From Amoebophrya sp. A120 (lineage: Eukaryota; Protista; Dinoflagellata), in contig CAJINV010000004.1 in NCBI GenBank assembly GCA_905178155.1, forward strand, positions 3,381,320 through 3,445,319: a stretch of DNA of 64,000 bases, given 5' to 3'. The translations under genes and the position numbers were made by a program. The notes beneath the pieces were generated by a model that had not been told where the DNA came from, searched no databases, and saw nothing but the letters and a program-made list of their open reading frames with translations. Shown here piece after piece: positions 37,901 through 47,888 of the stretch (its first letter is position 1; the number at the start of each line of letters is the position of its first letter).

Positions 37901-39462
37901 AAAAGAGGGGGCGCGAGAGGTCGACAGAGGTGGGGAGAGGTGGCGCGAATAAGGGGCGGCCTCTCGCGGACCCTCTTGGCCACCTCTCGGCCACCTCTGT
38001 CGACCTCTACCCGCGAGAGCGAGTATAGCCGGATTATTAGCGGGGACCCCCAAAAGAGGTCAAAAAGAGGGTCTGCGGGAGGTCTGCGAGAGGGTAAAAG
38101 CGCACCCAAGCGGGCGCGAATCCGCATGGCGCTACCAATATTTCGCACTGCAGGCCATTCGCGGGCCTCTTTTGTTCGGCGTCTTTCCGTGCCACCCTCT
38201 CGCGCGACTCTCTCGCAACCCTCTCGCGCCACCCTCTCGCGCCACCCTCCCGCGCTACCCTCTCGCGCCAGGCGGCTTCTGTTCGCCCCCGGTGTTCTTT
38301 GCAGCTGCTCCCTGCACAGAGCGCCTCCGGGCGCGGGAAGCGCGCAAGCGGTCCTGCGGGTTGGCGCGACGCAAACAGGATGCAGGACTCCAGTGCGTTT
38401 CAATGTGCATAGACCCGTGGCGTTGTGGTCCAATCGGCAGACATTCTTGCCCCGGCCCAACAGCCTTGCGCTCCGGCGGCAGCCGGAGCATGGCTGGTAG
38501 ATAGTAATGTATAAGTAATATAGTAATACATCCCCCTCGTTTTCCAGGGTCGCGCCGTCGTCTGTCCGCGTAAACACCGCAAACATCTTGAGAAGGAACT
38601 GATTGTAGGCGTAGGTTGGGTTGCTTCCATGATGCCTCGTGCACCGGTACGCGATCAGCAGACTCCACGAAGTCGCGTACAATACGCAGGCCAGCATTTC
38701 GAAGCGGTAAAAGTTCCGGTTGCTGCGATTCAGCACCCTTGTGCTGCCGATCACCACAATAGACAACATCCAGTAGGCTGCGCCCGCACACACCACGCTC
38801 CACTGGAAGGTCGAGCGGAAGTATCGGACAAAAAAAGGGTTACAGTTCTTACACCTTTGTTGCAACTTCAGCAACACAAACTCTGCACTACAGAGAAAAC
38901 TTGCAATGCGTTGATCCTAAGGGATGAAAACACGTATCAAACGATGCTCGCATGCCTCTCCGGCACGAGAGAGCTTGTCTGTCATGATGCGCGTTCTGCA
39001 ACACAATGTGTGAAACCGTATACACTTTTTTCATTGCATAAACAGTCCCCGTTCTCCATGGACACGGTGATGGATTCCATCACGAAAATATCAACTGCAA
39101 AAGTGTCTGGGTCTGGAAACTTGTGACGCAAGGAAGGGAGTAGTGAGCTCACTGTAATGCGCTGCCACGCATGACAAGCTTTTTTCATGGTTCTGAGTTG
39201 CGTATTCCGCATAAGAAGCTGCGTTTTTGCATGACAGGGAGAAGGAGCTCTTCGCGGCTACGCAATACAGAGTTCAGAGTCATGCCAGGCTAGCATGACA
39301 AGTCTCGCAATCTCCCAGACCCAGACATATTTGCTGTGGATAGAAAAATAAGAGCCCGAAGGTCATGGCATAGATGTACATCGACCACCGGCAGGTCGGC
39401 CCGCAGCACGGGCAACATTGTTGTTCCCGCTGTTCAAACTTGTTCATTCCGCCACTGTTCAT
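34937..39462 (-). CDS. Hypothetical multi-pass membrane protein
   Basis: Frame traced from MNSGGMNKF to RKEISK* across 8 exonic introners and one GT-AG intron (ENEGD|GT...CAG|IYGEG). Confidence 0.72.
35036..35314. mobile_element. Introner type C (inverted near-copy of 19548)
   Basis: TSD cgctt/cgctt. Confidence 0.93.
35381..35640. mobile_element. Introner type A
   Basis: TSD tgttg/tgttg. Confidence 0.93.
35694..36222. mobile_element. Degenerate C-type introner hosting a nested B-type element
   Basis: tatcctgagtaaat...atttactccgcata; TSD cgtcg/cgccg; frame restored. Confidence 0.85.
35982..36190. mobile_element. Introner type B nested in the 35694 element
   Basis: Near-copy of 10990; flanked by 6-bp tggggc/tggggc. 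Confidence 0.9.
36266..36535. mobile_element. Introner type H
   Basis: ~47-bp TIR tat.acc.gctca.g.gttacaa.ctcaaatcggtt..ccatagaat; TSD tgcaa/tgcaa. Confidence 0.92.
36596..36878. mobile_element. Introner type C
   Basis: TSD gttcc/gttcc. Confidence 0.92.
36929..37250. mobile_element. Introner, D-related
   Basis: TIR tattaca.tgaaaaatgcccccacccc; TSD ccgct/ccgct. Confidence 0.92.
37693..38525. mobile_element. Insertion W with an 85-bp direct repeat, GAGGT-rich internal inverted repeats and an AT-rich tail
   Basis: 37608-37692 vs 38526-38610 match 82/85; tail tagtaatgtataagtaatatagta. Confidence 0.75.
38822..39040. mobile_element. Introner type B
   Basis: TSD eroded (ggaag/aacag); frame restored by removing element plus 5 nt. 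Confidence 0.85.
39089..39342. mobile_element. Introner type A (inverted relative to 18022)
   Basis: TSD gaaaa/gaaaa. Confidence 0.93.
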
Positions 39463-40250
39463 GATGTTGCTGCTTTTTCTTCTACTTCTAGGAGAGTTCT
39501 GGATCCGGCTTCGGATCTACTGTTCAATCTCAATGTCAGTATGTAAAAACCAAAAACTACAGCGGTGAACGAAATTAATACGATGAAAAAGAATTTCAAT
39601 TTTCTTTTTCTACACTAATATCATTGGCAAAATAAAAGGTAACTTCAATGGGCGATAGCAATTATCGCACGAATTTTTGAAGACAGGAGCACTTCCACTT
39701 TTGTGTACTTACCAACAAACGATCGCAAATAGAAAGCACTACAGCTTCCTGAGTGCCTGCTGTTGACAAGGAGGAGTAATTATAAATTTAGAGGCGCAAG
39801 ATAGTAAATAAGTAAGTGCAAAGTGCTTTTGGTGCATGTCTTCTGGTTCATCTTTCTTTCGTTGTATGAGACACAAGCACCGAGTGGAGTCAGAACAGAG
39901 AAATATGCAAAATAAATGCTTTAGCCGTTCTTCAGCAGTACACCACCGATAGAAACCTACACCGTACTTGCGGAGCGCGCTTCCACCGAAAAAGATGACC
40001 TGGGGATCGAGTACTACCGGAACCACCGAAAAAATGCCTCGTCTCGGTCGGGAGGAAAAGGAATGACAAGTTGTTTTTGGACCTAAATAATGTCGATGTT
40101 GATAGGCAGCTACATCGAGTGTTGTAAATGGAACGAGATGATGATCTCGGTCTCGCCAATTGCCATAATTATACTTCGGAACCGATCACAGCTTTCCAAA
40201 ACAAAACCGATGGTCATATTGAGGCCCGTTGTACCGAAATTTTTGAAAGT

Positions 40251-41441
40251 TCCTCATATTGAGGACCGTTGTCAATTTTCGACCGACCCGGACAGAACAG
40301 GCTATGAGCCCTGACTGTCTACATGAGGCGTCCTGACCGGGTGCGTGAACCCTGCGTCAGCGTTAGCTACTTCAAAAGCTCATCCAAGATGAAAAACCTC
40401 GAGACAGAATTGTCTTGCACCGATCACGACTGCACCATGTGGAGTCTACTTCTCTACTTTTGTCCAAAGTGCAAAACCCAAGCCCTATCGGCTCTACAGC
40501 ACTAAACAAACACAAAATCCCTATACGCAACCCGTGTGTGGAAGTTGATTCGACTCAACTTCTTGCAACTGTCACTGCAGCTGCTCCCTGGCTGCAGCTT
40601 GTGCTGCGTCCTGGATAGAGATCCTGAGCGGATCTCCTTCTTCTTGCGTTCCGGGGAACTCCCCGGACTTGGTGTTTGAGCTGTGCTGTGTGCTGTGGTA
40701 GCGGCTGCTACTTGCACCGGTACTGACTGCTCGAGTTGCGCGCAACTACCGATAGTTGCGGCAACATTTACGCACTGCAACACCCTGGACGTCGCTGCTG
40801 CGCCGCCATGTGTGTGTTGCTACTTTTACTTTTGCCTTCCACACTCGTAGCAGCGTATGTCATCGACAGACGCTACTCGAGTGGGCTTTTGCCCTTTCCA
40901 GCGCTTTGCGCTTTGATGGCTCTCCAGGTGCGGACTAGCCACACAAGGAGGCGACTACAGCCACGGGCTTGGGGAGCTCATTCCCTACTCTTATGCAGGG
41001 ATAGGTGGGGGCGGCTAGTAGTTCTTACCCGTTCCCAATAGGGGAACTCCTTGGGCTCATAACTCTGTGGACGTGTCAAGCGTCAGGGACTAGGCATGCT
41101 CACCAGCATGCTGTCCTAAGATAGAGAACAGAGTCACTATCTTCTACGAAGCAACCTAATATCTAGGTGCTAACACGGAGTTCAGGGCAATTGATTCATA
41201 GGCAACCGGCACTACGACCAGGAGCCATTCTGGCACTGTGTACGTTGTTCACATTGTCTCTATTGGTGTCATCACCACCATCCTAGTGGTGTCCTGTGTG
41301 GGTGATCCTCATGATCCTACTGGTGTGACCCCTGTATTTACATCCTACACCTATGGGTGTGCCTTGACCTATTCATGGATCTCATTGATCTAGGGAGCAT
41401 GCTAGCAACTGCTCTAGTCCGAGACAGGTTGCTGCGCAATA
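40251..41441. mobile_element. Insertion Z with a 42-bp direct repeat
   Basis: 40209-40250 vs 41442-41483 match 41/42. Confidence 0.75.
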
Positions 41442-41929
41442 GATGGTCATACTGAGGCCCGTTGTACCGAAATTTTTGAAAGTGAAACCATCAGTAGCTG
41501 CTGCAAATCAAGAGCCGCAGCTCAAGGTCCGCCGCCGGGGGGGGGCAATGCCTAGAGATGAACCACGTCAGTCAATCAAGAATGGAACAAATGCCAGCGA
41601 AGCAACACCATATCAGGTTCTTTGGTACAGATCGCTTTTGTCATCTTTCTAAGCGAAGAGGATGAACCATCCTGCGTTTGTTGACCGATTGCGATGGACT
41701 TTATACTTTTGAACAGACGTCACAAAGATTCTGCAGAATTCTCGTAAGCTGGTTCCGAACTTCCTGTCGTCGTTTGAATCCAATCCCCTATTGTACCAAA
41801 ACGCTGCTGAAGGAAGATTTTTGTACTTAAGTCCACCTGATGCTCAAATGCAGAAACTACAAAATGAATCAAAATTAGGCTACGTAAAGAACGCCCAATA
41901 GTCCCGAGCAGATCTACTTCCGTCGCTCG

Positions 41930-43976
41930 TCACATTCCCGCTAGCAGCTCCGCTTTTTTGCTTTCAAACTCCGCGGGTGACACGAGTCCCATCTGGTACA
42001 TTTCCGTGAGCTCTTTGAGCTTTTCCTTGGTGCCGACAGCTGGCCCACCACCTCCGGGCGCGCCCTGCATCATCATCTGCGGCGGCGCTTGTGGTCCTCT
42101 CAATTGCTGCGCATTCTCCATAGCAGTGTTAATTAGACCCGCCGCATAGTCCGGGTTGTCCACATACATGATGAAGCTGGGCGGTCCTCCACCGGTATAG
42201 TCGGACAAGAACTATTACGTGAAAAAGTATCGCGCTCAAGTTTTGGAAAGTGGAATTACTGTATTTTTCTTCTTGCATACCCATCCATATGTTAATCAAG
42301 TTCGATTTGCATTTTCTTTTCCAGCATGTAATGTAACGACTCAATTGCGTTTTTTTTTTTTACAGCTGCATGATCGTGGTGCCTTTGTTCAATTATACTT
42401 AGCACCTATATATAGGATAAATATTTTTTTTACTAAACGCAATGTGAATACGTACGTCGAGAGCGAGGACATCTTTGCAATGCATAAGGGCGAAACAAAG
42501 GGGACAGCGATCTGAACGCCATGTGATTCGAGGCAAGCGCAAGGGGCGGCCTGATTGTGGACTCCGACGGAGGTGATGGAGGACAGCTTTTCGAAGCCCG
42601 AATCGTTTCCCGTCGTGCAGCAAACGCCACCCTATGGATTGCAAATATGTCTGGGTCTGGAAGATCATTCCGAGACTTGTTGTCATGCAGTTTTTCCAAG
42701 CTCCGCCAAGGCTGGAATGCAGGGCATAGATTCACACCCTCTGCAGCCCCTTGGTGATGCCTATCCTGCATGGGACATGCCATGCCCTCTCAGCATGGCC
42801 AGAAACGGGGACCTTTTGCAAGTCATCCGACACAGATTTTTGTATGATGATCCGAAACACGCATGACAAGTTCGCATCCTTCAAGACACAGACATTTTTG
42901 CAGTTGATAAACCCACCTCCGCTTCCACGATCCGGTAAAGATTCTTTTTTCCCAAAATGTAAGTCGTACCTTGCAAAGCGTCGTTTGTGGCCTTGTTCGC
43001 GAAATACAAACATATGCATTGCAAATAAATATGTCTGGGTCTGCAAGGATGCGAACTTGTGATGCACATTTCATAAACACGCACTAATTTCTCCTGCATA
43101 GGCAGCATCAGAAGGTCGTGCCCATTTCCAGTCACCAAAATGAAGGATTTGTCATGCGGATTAGGCATTGCGAAGCGTAGTTCTCGAAACCTGTGATGCC
43201 AGGGGTTCCATGCCAGCCCAGACCTTCTCCGTCATGCGAAAATACTAGCGCGACAAAAATCTGCGTTCTTCCAGACCACCCAGACCACTACATATTTGCA
43301 TTTGATATCACACGGGCTGCACAGAATCGCGTGCGGCCATAAGCAGGGCAGGATGAAGTAAAAGCGGACCTTCTTGCAGCAAAGGTTGTCATATTACAAT
43401 GAAAAATGCCCCCTCCCCATACCAAAACGGAAATCTGTGATGCAGATCATTTGTGGCCACAAATAAGTTTTGTGATGCTAGAAGGCTAAAGATGCAGACT
43501 GTAGCTCTGGCGAGCGTGGGGAAGCCTTGCATTTCCAGCATGACAGGAGGCGACTGGAAGTGGTAAACAGCGTGACAACTTGCCTGCAATTCAGGCCACA
43601 GCTGCGTCTCTTGGCCTTCTAGCAATACAAGTCGATTTGTGTACTCAAATACAGCATCACAAATTTCGTTTCCCATATGGGGAGGGGGCTTTTTTCGTTT
43701 TGATACATAATTTTCCGGATTCACGCGCCAAACGGCGACAGGCTCGTCGTTGTAGGTTTGGCAATGCGCCCAGGCTTTGTCCGCATCCTGCTGGGTGGCG
43801 CCGGAAAGCAGCTGCACAGAAGAGTTGGAAGAGCTCCCCCCAGCACCCCCCTGGGCCTGGCCGTACTCATCGTCATTGTAAGCCGCAGAGTGTTCACCCT
43901 CGACCTCAGCTGTGTCAGCCCGCATTTCGACGTCTGCAACTCCCTCTTTCGATTGCGTTTCAACTTTGGTTGCCAT
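41930..43976 (-). CDS. Cys-rich membrane-associated protein with C-terminal SHOCT domain, paralog 1
   Basis: C-terminus EKLKELTEMYQMGLVSPAEFESKKAELL fits SHOCT; three introners. Confidence 0.72.
42633..42909. mobile_element. Introner type A, absent from paralog 2
   Basis: TSD caccc/aaccc; empty site near 45600. Confidence 0.92.
43013..43307. mobile_element. Introner type A, shared with paralog 2
   Basis: TSD aaaca/tcaca. Confidence 0.9.
43392..43705. mobile_element. Introner type D, absent from paralog 2
   Basis: TSD tgtca/cataa; empty site tgtaa at 46087-46091. Confidence 0.92.
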
Positions 43977-44911
43977 TGTTCTGTTTTGGTAGGGTGAAGG
44001 TCGAGGTACGACGAGAAAGCGAATCAATGAGAAATACAATCAATCCAAATCTAGAAAAATACTCGAAAACTACACGAGTAAGTCCCAGACACTGACCAGC
44101 CAAGTGCAGCCAATGATGAGGTTGATAATAAGTGAGGGGTATTAGTTTTTTTCGATAAACGTCGGAAACGCCGATCCCACGAGAAGGATGGAGTCGAAGA
44201 ATCAACAGCAGAGTTGTTCACAGCAGGAGGCGCCTGCCCGTGTACTGTGCGAATGAGGGCGGAGAAAGCGTGCTTTATTGCAATGAAACAGATGAAGCAG
44301 CAGCCTTAAAAACAGAAAACCTTTCTTGGTTCAAGGCTGCACACGACTGGCAGTACGATGTATATAAAGTCAATTTGATGCTCAAAGCACATGTTGCAAC
44401 TCCACCGACCGAGTTCGCTTCGCGCAGCTTTTTGCGCTGTTGCAGCACGGATACCGAGAAATGTATTCGTTGCACATCTCGCATTTGACTTTGAACCTGT
44501 TCGTGGGCCAAACCGAAAGAGGAATCCTAATCCTCCAAGCAGGAGAACCGAAAGTGATTATCTCATTGAAAAATATTCAAATTGAGAGCACCACACGCTT
44601 AACTTTCATGAAGAACCAATTGGCACATCCATGGCAAAGCTGTGCTTCCGGATCATCATCATCATCATCAACATCATCATGCCACAAGATGATATTAGGA
44701 AATAAAGTCGCACACAATTCTCTACAACAAGAAATGAAAATCGTTCTGTTCTACTGGAAAGGAAAACCAATATTCTACCAAAACGCTGCTGAAGGATTTT
44801 TGTACTTAAGTCCACCTGATGCTCAAATCGAAATGCAGAAACTACAAGATGAATCAAAATTAGGCGACGTATTAAATGCCCAATAGTCTTCCCGAGCAGA
44901 TCTTCCGTCGC

Positions 44912-46363
44912 TCACATTCCCGCTAGCAGCTGCGCTTTTTTGCTTTCAAACTCCGCGGGGGACACGAGTCCCATCTGGTACATTTCCGTGAGCTCTTTGA
45001 GCTTTTCCTTGGTGCCGACAGCTGGCCCACCACCTCCGGGCGGGCCCTGCATCATCATCTGCGGCGGCGCTTGTGGTCCTCTCCATTGCTGCGCATTCTC
45101 CATAGCAGTGTTGATCAGACCCGCCGCATAGTCCGGGTTGTCCACATACATGATGAAGCGAGGCGGTGTGAAATTTCTATCGTTTCCACCGGCATGGTCG
45201 GACAAAAGCTATTATGTGAAAAAGTTTCGCGCTCAAGTTTTAGGAAGTGGAATTGAGTAAACTGGTATTTTTAGTTTACATACCCATACACATGTTAATC
45301 AAGTTCGATTTGCATTTTCTTTTCCAGCATGTTGTAACGACTCAAAAATTGCCTTTTTTTTACAGCATGATCATTGTGTACTCTGCACCTATATATCAAA
45401 TATCAAACGCAATGTGATGAACACGTACGTCGAGAGCTGCGACATCTTTGTCGAATGCATAAGGGCGAACCAAAGGGGACAGCGATCTGAACGCCAGATT
45501 CTTGGAGGCAAGGGGCGGCCCCCTGATTGTTGACTCCGACGGAGGTGATGGACGCCAACTTTTCGAAGCCCGAATCCTTTCCCGTCGTGCAGTAAGTGCA
45601 ACCGCCCACGTCCGCTTCCACGATCCGGTACACATTTTTTTTTCCCAAAATGGAAGTCGTACCTTGCAAAGTGTCGTTGGTGGCCTTGTTCATGCAGAAC
45701 AAACATATGCATGTGCCAAGATGTCTGGGTCTGGAAGGATCCGGATGCGAACTTGATGTGATGCGCATTTCCTAAGCATAACACGCACAAATTTCTCATG
45801 CATAGGCAGCAAAAGGCCGCGCCCATTTCCTGTCACCAAAGTGGGGGATTTGTCATGCGGATTTGGCATTGCGGAACGTAGTTCTCGAGACCTGTGATGC
45901 CAGGGGTTCCATGCCAGCCCAGACCTTCTCGTGCTCCGCCATGCGAAAATAGCACGACAGAAATCTGCATTCTTTTTCTTCCAGACCCAACATACAAGCA
46001 CTTGATAAAACACGGGCTGAGACAAATCGCGTGCGGCCAAAAGCAGGGGCAGATGAAGAGAAAGCCGACCGTCTTGCAAAAAAGGTTGTAATTTTCCGGA
46101 CTCACGCGCCAAACGGCGACAGGCTCGTCGTTGTAGGTTGGGCAATGCGCCCAGGCTTTGTCCGCATCCTGCTGGGTGGCGCCGGAAAGCAGCTGCACAG
46201 AAGAGTTGGCAGAGCGCGACCCCCAAGCCCCTCCCCCCTGGCCATAGTACCCATCGTCATTGTAGTAACCCGCACTGTGCTCGCCCTCGACCTCAGCCGC
46301 GTCAGCCCGCATTTCGATGTCTGCAACTCCCTCTTTCGATTGCGTTTCAACTTTGGTTGCCAT
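44912..46363 (-). CDS. Cys-rich membrane-associated protein with C-terminal SHOCT domain, paralog 2
   Basis: Close copy of 41930-43976 with only one introner. Confidence 0.72.
45706..46007. mobile_element. Introner type A, counterpart of 43013
   Basis: TSD aaaca/aaaca. Confidence 0.9.
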
Positions 46364-47888
46364 TGTTCTGTTTTGGTAGGGTGAAGGTCGAGGTACGACG
46401 AGAAAGCGAATCAATGAGAAATACAATCAATCCAACTCTAGAAAAATACTCGAAAACTACACGAGTAAGTCCCAGACACTGACCAGCCAAGTGCAGCCAA
46501 TGATGAGGTTGATAATAAGTGAGGGGTATTAGTTTTTTTCGATAAACGTCGGAAACGCCGATCCCACGCGAATGATGAAGTCGAAGAATCAACAGAAGAG
46601 TTGTTCACAGCAGGAGGCGCCTGCTCGTGTACTGCGCGAATAATGAGGGCGGAGAAAGCGTCCTTTATCGCAATAAAACAGATGAAGCAGCAACCTTCGA
46701 AGCAGAAAAGATTCCTTGGTTCAAGGCTGCACACGACTGGCAGTACGATGTATATAATTCAATTTGATGCTCAAAGCACATGTTGCAACTCCACCGACCG
46801 AATTCGCTTGTTCCCGCAGCTTTCTGCGCTTTTGCGGCACGGATACCGAGAAATGTGTTCGTTGCACATCTCGCATTTGACTTTGAACCTGTTCGTGCTG
46901 GGCCACACCGAAAGAAGAATCCTTCAAGCAGAACCGAAAATGATTAATATCTGATTGAAAAATATTCAAATTGAGAGCACCACACGCTTGATCTTCATCA
47001 TGAAGAACCGATCAGCACATGGCAAAGCTGTGCTTCCGGATCATCATCATCATCATGCTACGTCAAGATGATATTAGGAAATAAAGTCGATTCTCCACAA
47101 CAAGAAATGATCTTGATCATCAGCGCAGAGTTCAAAATAAGTAGGTGCGACAAGCTCAGCTGTTTTTTTTCGCAGCTCAGCTGAGACTTCTACTTCCTTT
47201 AGGCGCGGCGTATCAAGTTCCGCCGGGAGGCAATGCCCTCTAGCTCTAGCAGGGGCCTCTGCTTATTCCTCGGAGATTGATGTTTCCTCGGAGGTAGAGC
47301 CAAGTTTAATATTGCCAAAAGTGTAGTGTGCAATTTTTATCGCAGAGTTCATTGCTCCTTCCGGGTTCGATAATTGTTGAACTTGAAACACATCATATTC
47401 TACATGGACAGCTCAATTCTTTTGAAAATCAGACCCGATAGCTTTTTGTTATTTCATCTTCACGTAGCTGCTAGCTGTAAAATTTTTTAGGCGCTGTAGT
47501 TTCTCAATTTAAGCCGAGTCGGTTACTTGTTTCTACCTGCATTTTTTACAAACGGATTGTACTCGAGTAGAGCATTATGCTTTTGATATTAACTGATGGC
47601 AGATGACAGCTCACTTGTTTTTCGCTTCGTATTATATGCGTGCTTGTTTGTTGTTCTCTTGATCCACTACAAACAACTTTTTGCTTTAGTACCTTCTACT
47701 AAAAAATTCATAAGTACTATGCTCTCGCTTCCGTGTACCTACTGAAGTGTACCTTCGGCGATCTTCATGCAACAGGAGACCTGTAGTAGTCCCTGCTATT
47801 CCTCTCCTTACTTTCCATTGCTAGTACTCCTACCTGCGGATAGGGATCATACACAAGTCTAACTGGGACGTGCTGGTCGTACCATTAT

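Larger units (their letters stand above)
41794..47110. repeat. Tandem segmental duplication (gene plus ~750 bp of upstream DNA), junction near 44740-44776
   Basis: taccaaaacgctgctgaagga at 41794 and 44776; 43977-44737 aligns with 46364-47110. Confidence 0.9.

Noticed and set aside
37894-38525. C-terminal extension of the 327-aa ORF into insertion W
   Set aside because: A GT donor at the repeat boundary splices in frame to the downstream exons; the extension is repeat-derived read-through.
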